A stretch of DNA of 64,000 nt. Source: Convolutriloba macropyga (lineage: Eukaryota). Below are positions 36,593 through 45,770 of this stretch, piece after piece; position 1 is the first letter of the stretch; each line of letters starts with the position of its first letter. A program made the translations under genes and the position numbers. The stretch lies in NCBI RefSeq assembly GCF_964194025.1, contig NC_134475.1, forward strand, positions 21,886,001 to 21,950,000, read 5' to 3'. Below the pieces are notes generated by a model. That model was not told the origin of the DNA. It saw only the letters and a program-made list of their open reading frames with translations, and made no database searches.

Positions 36593-36922
36593 ATGAATCG
36601 ACGGTCCGAGAAAGCAGCATCGTCTCTACTTCAATTGAACTTGTCCCCAAATTTAGTGGTTTAGAGTTGTATAGCGGATGGAAATCATTTAACAGCTACA
36701 TTTGTCAAAGAGGAAAAAGTTGACAGTCGTGGTCAAACTGTACTGAGGAAACAGCAAATTGTCTGTACTGGAGCTGAAATAGAAGCCTTCAAGAAATACT
36801 TTTCACTTTTGGAGTACTTTCAATTGTACCATGTCTTTGGAAGAGAAAATGCGAAAGCTGAAACTAACCCCTTTACCTATGCCCAAGCGTGCAGAACCAG
36901 TTCTGATGTCACTGAACGATAA
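36593..36922 (+). pseudogene. Hypothetical ~109-aa Polinton protein with one internal stop (absent from the ORF track)
   Basis: MNRRSEKAASSLLQLNLSPNLVV*SCIADGNHLTATFVKEEKVDSRGQTVLRKQQIVCTGAEIEAFKKYF...TER*. It fills the gap between neighbouring genes. Confidence 0.5.
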
Positions 36923-37085
36923 GAGCCTTCCAGCTGAAATAAGACGAAGAATTGAAAAGAACAACGTACAGTCAATTGTTTTCAGAGAAAAAACTGACAG
37001 AGTAAATGCGAACTACACCATTACTTTTATCAATGATAATCAAAACTCACAATTTGTATCTTATGAAATTTATATAATGAAATAA
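36831..37085 (+). CDS. Hypothetical Polinton protein, 84 aa
   Basis: ATG-initiated ORF in good context (accATG) within the tightly packed co-directional gene block. Confidence 0.5.
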   Translation: MSLEEKMRKLKLTPLPMPKRAEPVLMSLNDKSLPAEIRRRIEKNNVQSIVFREKTDRVNANYTITFINDNQNSQFVSYEIYIMK

Positions 37086-37122
37086 CCAAATTTACCTCTT
37101 TTTTCAGAAAACTTATTTTAAA

Positions 37123-37398
37123 ATGAGTAAAGCAGAGGATCAGTTAGAAACAGGCGGGGCAATAACTGACTTAGTGTTTGATGATAATCACCATGAAAGA
37201 CGATCATGGAGGTTTTGTAATTCAAGGATACCACGATCAGAAGTTGTTTATTTTACACAAGTTTTTATTATAATTTTTCTCATAATAGTTTATTTGGTAA
37301 AACTTGTGTTTTTCCAGCTTGAATGTGAAGAGTCTACATTTTGGTTTTCTCTTCTTTCTTGTACAGTTGGATACGCTCTTCCCAACTCAAAATTATGA
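37123..37398 (+). CDS. Small two-TM membrane protein typical of Polintons/adintoviruses
   Basis: RSEVVYFTQVFIIIFLIIVYLVKL and FWFSLLSCTVGYALPN hydrophobic segments; lies directly upstream of the ATPase. Confidence 0.75.
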   Translation: MSKAEDQLETGGAITDLVFDDNHHERRSWRFCNSRIPRSEVVYFTQVFIIIFLIIVYLVKLVFFQLECEESTFWFSLLSCTVGYALPNSKL

Positions 37399-38126
37399 AT
37401 AAAATCATTTCAACAACTGACCGGTTGTTTATGGCCGTTTGCGGTCCGTCATGTTGTGGAAAAACAGAGCTCATTTTCAGAATGTTACTCGACAACACTT
37501 TTTCTCCAAAGTTCCTCTCGATTTTTTATTTCTACCAACATGAACAACCCAAATTTAAGTCACTAGAGGCAAAATTAAACATACAGTTTACCAAATTTTC
37601 AAGCTTCGATTTGATATCGGAGCTCGAAAACTGTCTGTTGGTGTTTGACGGTTCATGTGAAGAGATTTTTAATGACAAAGAGTTTTCGAAATTGGCTACA
37701 GCAGGACGTCACAAAAACATTAGTGTAATTTACGTAAAACACAATTTATTTCAACAAAGTAAATGGTCACGAACTATTGATCTTAATACAACACACATCA
37801 TTTTATTTAAATCACAACGTGACATTCAACAGATTGGTTTAATTAGTCGACAGCTTAATAACACGCAATTTTTGAAAGATAGCTACGAGCTAGCAACCAA
37901 ACAACCCTTTGGTCATTTACTGATCGATCTGGATCCAAAAACATCGGACGTTTTGCGTTACTGCTCCAATATTGTTCCACCAGGACCATCCGTTTTTTAC
38001 CCTCCCCCAGCTAAAGCTGTTATAACCAATTTGAGTAATGAGAGAGAAAGAGCTTTGTATGCTGCGGCGAATGTTAGAGACATCGGACATAAAGTCAAAA
38101 GAACTAATCAAGTCGGTACCAAATAG
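37395..38126 (+). CDS. A32/FtsK-like DNA packaging ATPase
   Basis: Walker A GPSCCGKT, Walker B LLVFDG (DD changed to DG), AGRHKNISVIYVKHNLF, RTIDLNTTHIILFK, PFGHLLIDL. The ATG at 37395 overlaps the upstream stop (ATGA). Confidence 0.93.
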   Translation: MNKIISTTDRLFMAVCGPSCCGKTELIFRMLLDNTFSPKFLSIFYFYQHEQPKFKSLEAKLNIQFTKFSSFDLISELENCLLVFDGSCEEIFNDKEFSKLATAGRHKNISVIYVKHNLFQQSKWSRTIDLNTTHIILFKSQRDIQQIGLISRQLNNTQFLKDSYELATKQPFGHLLIDLDPKTSDVLRYCSNIVPPGPSVFYPPPAKAVITNLSNERERALYAAANVRDIGHKVKRTNQVGTK

Positions 38127-38322
38127 TTTTATTAACTTTCTTTGCGAGTGTTTGCTTAATGTTGTCAACGGTAACGTTCCCGTCAAGAAAACATTAATAC
38201 AAGGTCATGAAAATTCATTTAAAAAACTTTTATCTAAACAAACAAGTTTAAAAAAAGGCAGATTTTTGCTAAAAACACGGTTCTTTTGAAAGGTATTGCT
38301 CTCTCGTGTTACCTTCATCTGA
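38038..38322 (+). pseudogene. Conserved small basic Polinton protein (FLCECLLNVVNGNVP), frameshifted near the 3' end
   Basis: CECxLNxxxGNVP motif followed by a basic helix, recurrent in Polintons downstream of the ATPase. Confidence 0.65.
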
Positions 38323-38332
38323 GGAAGTGATA

Positions 38333-39138
38333 ATGTATACTGAAGAATTTATCTTAATTCCCAAAAGAATGTTCATGTCAACACAACCGGCAAAAAGTGA
38401 AATTTTTGACAATCCTGTCTACAAACAGAAAGCGACCCAATTGTCTCTCATTCAAAGAAACATAATACAAAATCCGGAAAAAAGTGAAAAAGAGGATGGA
38501 GCAGTCCAGACAGAACCCAGCATAAATGTTGAAACAGATCATGAGGAAAAAGAGGAGCCGATGAGAGATGACAGTAAATTGAACCTATTGTCAAAAAAAG
38601 TACAACTACAACGTTTCAGTCATTAATGAGAGATTTGGGAGTGATGGAGAAAAATAAAATCGGAAGAGCAGAAATCATTCTCAACAAGATATTACAATCC
38701 CCGACAATATCCATTGAAGATTCAGGTGGTATCATTCATATTGATAACCAACCACTTGGCTTAAAAGCGTCAACTTTTTTGTATAACACACAGCAGTCAA
38801 CAAAGAAAATTGACATTCAAAAATATTCTCGAGCATTATTAGCTCTCGATCTTCCACCTCATTTAGTTTCGAATACCTATGCCAACCAGATCTTGGAACC
38901 ATCCGAAAGCGAAGAAGAAATTTTTGCAAGACCACGAGGACAATCAGGAAGCGGTTATCAAGTTACCAACCAAAGAAAAACGGGCACAAGAAAAAAGACG
39001 GCAGAAGGAGAGACCAAACAGCAAAAATGGTCTTACTTCTTCCGAGAAAAAAACGTTGGACCAACTGTATTTGAAGGGACCTGCATCGTTTGGAAACCCA
39101 AAGCGATTAAAAACCCAAAGCAAATTATCATTTGGTAA
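38333..39138 (+). pseudogene. Polinton hypothetical protein upstream of the integrase (split into two ORFs)
   Basis: MYTEEFILIPK... (38333-38626) and ...RAEIILNKILQSPTISI...IHIDNQP... (38626-39138); probably one frameshifted gene. Confidence 0.55.
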
Positions 39139-39921
39139 AGTTAAGACATACTTGGAAACCAAGTCATCTTTTACAAAATATCGCCCAATTCGTTTACGAT
39201 TTCCCAGACTTAAAGTAATAGTAAAAGACATAAATGAAATTTGGTCCGTTGACTTGGCTTATGTGGATAAACTAGCAAAATACAACAGAAATGTTAAACA
39301 TTTATTGGTTGCGGTCGACTGTCTTTCCAGATACCTTCGTGTGGAGCCCTTAAAAACAAAGTATGCAACGGAAACTGCCTCGGCCTTGAAAAAAATGATA
39401 AAAAACAAGCAACCACAAAAGTGTGGGTTGATTATGGTACAGAGTTTCTTGGAGTCTTCAAAACCTTATGCAACAAACGAAAAATTCATTTATACAGCAC
39501 TTTTAGTGAAAAAAAGTCTGCATTCGCAGACAAGTACCTTGAAGAAAAGTGGACATACTGCTACATTGATAAACTGGATCAATTTGTGAAAACAATTAAC
39601 TCACGGGTCAACCGCGTAACCAAACTTGCTCCAAATAGGGTCACTAAAAAGGATGTTCCACGACTTGTCTCTTTGAGCGCTCAACTAATCAAGTTTCAGA
39701 GACCCAAATTTTACGTTGGAGATTTTGTTAGAATTGTCAAAGAGGACGAAGCCTTCAGGAAAGGGTATAAACAATCTTTCACCGACGAAGTATTTGAAGT
39801 AGAAAGCTTAGCAGCCTTTATTCCACCAACGTATTCACTTATTGATGCAAACGGTGACAAAATTGAAGGCAAATTTTATCAACCAGAGTTACAACTTGTT
39901 CGTATTGAGAAAAATGAGTGA
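39020..39921 (+). pseudogene. Retroviral-type (RVE) integrase, frameshifted, catalytic Glu segment apparently deleted
   Basis: LYLKGPASFG, EIWSVDLA, LLVAVDCLSRY, (W)VDYGTEF, EKKSAFA[missing ER...]KYLE, INSRVNRVTKLAP, FYVGDFVRI, FRKGY, GKFYQPELQ. Start approximate. No C-terminal chromodomain. Confidence 0.92.
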
Positions 39922-40801
39922 AAACCGTTTCACCGATGAATTCACTGTGCAAGTTATTTCATCTGCTTCAATGGAAATTTTTGACTCTAACACTCTTAGT
40001 TCATTTCAAAATTATTTCAATGATGAAATTCAACTCGCTGGTGACTGGAGAGTAGCTCTCAGTTAGATCATTTTCCCCACAAAAAATGAGCTTATTGTAA
40101 ATGGAGACATGGTAGTATATAGCTTAAAAGGGTACGAAGACATCCAGAAAAGGGCTACAGAAGCCAATGTGATCTCTCGTCCTTATAACGTTGAAAAATT
40201 GTCTATCATGACAGGAACTTATAACTCAGTTGTTGACATACTAACTACTATCAAACGAACTGTTGGACTACCAAACTTTGCATTCAGAGAGATCAAGAAA
40301 ACTGGAAAGTTTGAAATATTGATGGGGAAAAATGAAGGAATTACTTTTCCCAGTAAAGAAATTCCGAGCATTATCGGTTTTTCGGGCATTCCAGATGGCA
40401 GTGGAGTACACATAGGGTACAAAATGAAAAGCGCAACATCAAACAGACTAATGAAGAGTGATGAAACGGCAGCATACTATGGAGATTTTCCCGTTGATCT
40501 TTGCTCAGGAAAGCACTTAATTTTTATATATACGAATACTATTGTATACCAGTACGTCGGTGATACAAAAGACCCCTTGCTTCGAGTCATTGATTCAAAA
40601 CAACGTTTGAAAAACGGTAGTGTCTGGGAGCTTGAACCAACTCATCGAATTGTTTTTTCCAATTTAGATTACAAAAAACTCTTATCAAACACCATACAAT
40701 CAATATCGATTGAGCTTCGCACAGAAACGGGAGAATTGGTTCCCTTTTCGGGAACCGGTAAAGTCATTTTAACCCTTCAGTTCAAAAAATTTTCCAATTA
40801 G
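39914..40801 (+). pseudogene. Minor capsid protein (penton, single jelly-roll) with one internal TAG
   Basis: FTVQVISSASMEIFDSNTLSSFQN...WRVALS*IIFP continuing in frame to IFIYTNTI..QYVGDTKDPLLRVI...ISIELRTETGELVPF...LTLQFKK. Confidence 0.88.
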
Positions 40802-40802
40802 C

Positions 40803-41230
40803 ATGGACTCTTATTACGCTAACCAAGCAACATCCTTACCACATTTCTCTGGCTACTACAGGCAAAAAGGCAGTGGTTTTGGTGCATTAGCTGCGGGAAT
40901 TGAGCGGGTCGCTTTACCCTTAGCTCGACGTTTCATTCTTCCTACTGCAAAACGTATTGGAAAAGAACTTTTAAAGCAAAGTGTTCCAGAGCTGCTAGAC
41001 GTTGTCAGCAGTAAAAAATTACCCAAACAAGCACTCAAAAATACAATAAGCAACACTGTTAAAAAACAAACAGGGGAGCAAGATTTCGGCAACAAAGAAA
41101 AACGATTAGGAGTCGCTCAAAAAAATCACCAAGAAAAACATTAACCAAACAAAAGATGGTCATTTCAAAACAAAAAGTTCCAAAAAGAAGTCGGTCTGAT
41201 TTCTTTTCTCAAGTTAAATATGACCGCTAA
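40803..41230 (+). pseudogene. Basic core (pVII-like) protein with adenain-type cleavage sites, frameshifted
   Basis: RQKGSGFG and KQTG(G) glycine motifs. An Arg/Lys-rich tail (RSRSKKSPRK...KRSRSDFFSQV) continues in the shifted frame. Confidence 0.75.
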
Positions 41231-42498
41231 CCTCTTACCAAACGAAGCAACCCATAGCTCTTTGGATCTGTTTGAGAAGCCGGCGCTCTTGGTGACTTTC
41301 GATGGAAGTGTTTGTCAAAAATTGGGACCTGTTTATAGTCCTGATGGACCCATGTTAGAGTTCGAGGTAACTGGTGACCGTAACAACTTTATTGATTTAC
41401 AAAAAATTTGTTTAGAAGTCAAATGCAAAATTGTTCAGTCTTAGGGAGCTGATCTCAAATATGACGGGGCAGCTACTGCTGACACTGCTAAAACCGATGC
41501 TCCATACTTTTGCAATAATGTGCTACATTCCCTTTTCTCTGACTGCACAGTGTCAGCCAACGGGTTGAAAATCTCTAACGCAAATGGAAATTACGCACAC
41601 AAGAGTTTTATAGAAACTGAGTTCTCACGTAACAAAGACGCAAAGAAACTTGGTTGGCATGTCAAGGCTATTCTTACGAAGAAGATCCATCTGCAATAAA
41701 AGCAGGTGAAATTGCTCGAAGAAAAAACTCAGTCAGAGAGTTAGCAGAATGCACTTTTAAACATCTGCTCAGTGGTGTAACTCTTCGTATTGCATTCAGA
41801 AGATCTATTGTTGATTTTGTTATCATTTCGGATGATGCTGCAAAACATTACAAGGTGAAAATTGTTGAAGCTAATTTGTACGTTCGCAAGATGACATTGA
41901 ATGACGAGGTCGTGTCTGCCATTGAAAAAACCTTGCTTACTAGCCTTGCTGCCTATCCCTACTTTGAAACTTTGACAAAGACGTTTTTGGCTTCAACTGG
42001 TCTGCATAGTTGGAAGCAGGAGGACATTTTTGCACGAGAGCCAATCCGAAGACTAGCAATCTGTCTCAATACGAATGAAGCTTTTTTGGGCAACAATATG
42101 CAAAATCCTTTTCATTTTCAAAAATTTGACTCGGAACAGATATATATTTATCGCAACGCAATGGGTTACCAGTGGCTGATAGCCCAATATCTACAAATGA
42201 TAACAAACGCCTTTATTTTAATACAATATCCGATTTAGCCTATATTGATAATGGGCATGGAGTAAGTCTGTCAGACTATCCCAACCATTTTATAATGGTA
42301 TTTGATCTGACTAGCGCCCAACAAGCTTCTCATGATTTTACACACCCGGGGCTAACAAACTGTTCCATATCTATCGAATTGAAGTTTTCAGCAGCGTTAC
42401 AGACCAACATTGAAATTTTTATTATTGGAGAAAAAGCTAGTACAATTTTTGTTGATACTGCGCGACGAGTGTCAAAAAAACATATTCTAACAAACTGA
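41220..42498 (+). pseudogene. Major capsid protein (double jelly-roll, hexon-like), with stop, frameshifts and a deletion
   Basis: SSLDLFEKP, PMLEFEVTG..NFIDL, NNVLHSLFS, YAHKSFIET, LLSGVTLRI, ANLYVRK, NPFHFQKF, VFDLT, ISIELKF. Confidence 0.92.
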
Positions 42499-42926
42499 TG
42501 ATGGACGAAGATGATATTAATGGTTTAATTCAGAGATGTCAAAAACTAAAGCACAAATTTCGAGATGTATTTGCAGCAGACAATTTTCCTTCAAAATTGA
42601 AATCGAACACTTTTTTAATAGTAAACGCGTCAAAATCTCAAAGTCCTGGCATGCACTGGCTCCTCATATGTAAAAAGAACGACCATCTTCTGTTTGCTGA
42701 TCCCCTTGGACGATCCTTGCCTTCTTACAAGAATATCTATCAACGACTTGCAAAAAACAATGTACAGTTTCAACAATTACTTGAAAACCAACCAATTCAA
42801 GGTCAAAACTCAGAATTGTGTGGACTCTTTTGTATTTTTATTGCTCATTTAATATTTGATGATAGACAAATTGTAAATTGTAGTGATTTTCAATTGATTC
42901 GCTTTGCTCTTCACATGATGCTCTAA
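42498..42926 (+). CDS. Adenain-like cysteine maturation protease
   Basis: GMHW (His), FADPLG (Asp), IQGQNSELCGLFC (Gln/Cys). ORF intact; AATAAA at ~42944. Confidence 0.93.
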   Translation: MMDEDDINGLIQRCQKLKHKFRDVFAADNFPSKLKSNTFLIVNASKSQSPGMHWLLICKKNDHLLFADPLGRSLPSYKNIYQRLAKNNVQFQQLLENQPIQGQNSELCGLFCIFIAHLIFDDRQIVNCSDFQLIRFALHMML

Positions 42927-42977
42927 CAAAACTAATATTGTGAAATAAATTTTTTTTAAAAACTGAATTTTTTCTTC

Positions 42978-43673
42978 TTATACAAGACGAAAAAATAGTA
43001 AATCAGAATCAATGTTTAGTTTTCCAAAACCGCTCATAAACATATCCATAATCTGACAAAAAGCACTAGAGTGAGGACCACTCAAAATTGATTCCACTCT
43101 TTTTAAAGTTTCACTACTAATTTGATAAGTTTGAGTTTTCGAATAAATTGTAGAACACACAAAATTGTGAATTGTTTTCTGTGGTACAATTGATGTAGAT
43201 CTCGCCAATGTTTTTGAGATTCCGCTAGTGACCGCTGTAGATTTTGATAGTTTGGTTGCCGCTGTTGTCAAGGGTGGAAGTCGCTTGCGTACATTTGCTG
43301 TATCCATTTTCTCTCCAGATTTGTTATTAAAGTCGACGGCAAGCTGTAATTTTGAAAATGTATCTCCTTTAAATTCCAGACTCGTTGAGGTTGAAAATAA
43401 GCGTCTGAAGGTAGTGAAGAGACAGGGAACTGCAAAAATTTTGATTGGCTTCATGGTCTCAACATCGATTGCACTCTCAATCAGAACGTGAAAATGGTTA
43501 GTTGGTAACTGACAAAATTCAGACTCAAAATGAGGACACACAGCATAGTTATTCGAAGCTGTTAAGTTTGGCTTTTCATCAGCAATTAAAAACTTGAACT
43601 GCTTTTGAAATTGTTTGAAATAGTTGGGAGAGCGCTCAAACATTGCTTCCACCATCTCTACTACACTGATCAA
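42978..43673 (-). CDS. Hypothetical Polinton protein (231 aa), convergent with adenain
   Basis: Long open ORF containing CPH..., NHFHVLI and NVRKRLPP; no firm family assignment. Confidence 0.6.
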   Translation of the reverse strand: MISVVEMVEAMFERSPNYFKQFQKQFKFLIADEKPNLTASNNYAVCPHFESEFCQLPTNHFHVLIESAIDVETMKPIKIFAVPCLFTTFRRLFSTSTSLEFKGDTFSKLQLAVDFNNKSGEKMDTANVRKRLPPLTTAATKLSKSTAVTSGISKTLARSTSIVPQKTIHNFVCSTIYSKTQTYQISSETLKRVESILSGPHSSAFCQIMDMFMSGFGKLNIDSDLLFFRLV

Positions 43674-43953
43674 ATTTCTGCTTCTTTGCTGAGGGTGGTT
43701 TTGAATCTTGCGTTGCAGCAGCTTTACGTATTTATTCTGCTTTTTTGACTAAATTTCCAAACTCTTCTAGAGTTAGAGAAATTCTCTGTTCAAACTCGTA
43801 ATCATCGGCCGCTTTCTTGAACAACTTTAGAAACACATATGTTCCGGTTCTTTCGTAAGTTTTTAAAGTTGCCCTGACCAAACGCTTTTCAGTTTGGGAA
43901 ATGTCGAAATAGCAATCTCCAAACTGTGTGTCTTTTGAGGAAGTAAAAGGCAT
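43636..43953 (-). pseudogene. PC4/whirly-like ssDNA-binding protein with one premature stop
   Basis: RLVRATLKTYERTGTYVFLKLFKK...RISLTLEEFGNL resembles the PC4 fold motif. Reading through the TAA at 43732-43734 gives IRKAAATQDSKPPSAKKQKF...* with an NLS-like motif. Confidence 0.6.
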
Positions 43954-44141
43954 GGTAGGCAACTTGTTTTATCACTTGCTCTTAATGTAAATAACTACGA
44001 AGTTAGGAGGCGCGGCAAGTTGGGATTAAACCAGTGTCGTCATATTTTTAATTAAATCCAAGTGATTGGTAAATACAATCTCAAGTACGCCCCACAACGT
44101 ACTTGAGACTGTTCATTTTAGACTTTTATACGTATGTGACC

Positions 44142-44998
44142 TTAGATAAAAGTTAATTAAAACCATACCTTTATAAACCACCAGAACCTACTTGCGAACA
44201 GAGATAACAAGTACATGTGTTTTGTATATAAAGCAATAAATTTATCAACACATCCCCACACTTCTGTGTTGGAGAGAGTTAAACATTAATAGTGTAGGGA
44301 CCCATGTATTTTACAGATTTAGAACAGATGTGACCCTATATAGTATAGTGTAGAGACCACACAAAATTTACATAAAACCAAAACAAAACAGATGTGACCC
44401 CAAATTCCTCTGTAAAGGAACCACCGTGCGGCTAACCACATGCTATAAACAAAGAGCTGTGTTATGCAAGTAGGCGTGACGGAAAGGTATGCTGCAATCT
44501 TTTGTTTGGTCTTACATAAGGCGACCCTTGTGAAACACATGTTGGGAAAGAATTTTGTACTTGTGTTCATTTTTAGATAATAGTTAATAAAGACCATACC
44601 TCTATAAACCACCAGAACCTACTTGCGAACAAAGATAACCAGTACATGTGTTTTGTATATAAAGCAATAAATTTATCAGCACAACCCACACTTCTGTGTG
44701 GGAGAAAGTTAACCATTAATAGTGTAGGGACCCATGTATTTTACATACAAGTTGATTTAGAACAGATGTGACCCTAGATAGTATCGTGCAGAGACCACAC
44801 ACAATTTACATAAAACCAATACAAAACAGATGTGACCCCAAATTACTCTGTAAAGGAACCACAGTGTGGCTAACCACAAGTTATATACAATATATCATGC
44901 AACTAGGTGTGATTATGCTCCAATCATTTGTTTGGTCTTAGATAAGGCGAACCTTGCGAAACACATGTTGGGAAAAAATTTTGTACTTGTGTTCATTT
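44142..44998. repeat. Two diverged tandem copies of a ~430-bp non-coding unit inside the Polinton
   Basis: tataaaccaccagaacctacttgcgaac at ~44172 and ~44603. Both copies end in aattttgtacttgtgttcattt, and each contains aacagatgtgaccc twice. Confidence 0.9.
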
Positions 44999-45055
44999 CT
45001 TTCTTTTGCTCTTACTTAACAGTTAACTATTGAATCGAACTTGAACTTCAAAACA

Positions 45056-45770
45056 ATGTCCGTGAAAATTCTTTCGGAGTCTGCTATCTCTTTTGAGAGA
45101 ACTCTTGTTTACCAAACCGTGTTTGAAAATTTTGTCGTTCTGATACAACAGAAAAGAAAAAAACGATTTGTGGTACATTTACCAGCATTGTTTGATACCG
45201 AAGCTATTTATTAACGCTATTGCTGCCCTACCGGAAAATTCGGAGCCGGCTGAATCCAGTATCATTACTTCTGGAGGACACTTACCACCAAAAACTATAC
45301 CACAAATGCATTCGACTGAAGAAACTTTGCCGGAGGAAGTGAGACGTCTCTTGTACAGATACGACTGCGATTGTGTGCCCTTATTCGAGAATCAACTCGG
45401 TACATATCAAGCCTACGAAAATTTGGGTGATATGTGGGGTGTCAAATCATCACCATCCTCACCGGACAGTCAGCCACCGAGTGTTTCAGTCAGTGTTCCA
45501 ACAACTCCTGCTGTGGATCCAAGCCCAACTTTTACTCCAACCCCAAGTCCGTCACTCTTTGAGGATTTCCAGAGGAAGAACAAGATCTCTGACAATTTTG
45601 CAAGTCAGTTTGATGTCAACATTTTATCTGGTTCAAACTTTCATACACTACAACCCCGAACAAATTCAGCCGATTTCAAAACACCCAATTGCTCGGAAAC
45701 TCCAGTAGTGTGCGCAGCACCGAAAAAACGAAGACAAGAAGACTCTCTAATGGACTTTTTTGACCTCTAA
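45056..45770 (+). pseudogene. S/P/T-rich Polinton accessory protein with C-terminal NLS and PIP-box-like motif (frameshift in the A-run near 45155)
   Basis: MSVKILSESAISFERTLVY... from ATG 45056 joins the 45168-45770 frame, which ends PKKRRQEDSLMDFFDL*. AATAAA at ~45912. Confidence 0.6.

Noticed and set aside
39800-39921. Chromodomain at the integrase C-terminus, common in Polintons
   Set aside because: The ORF ends at ELQLVRIEKNE* and overlaps the penton start; no chromodomain is present.
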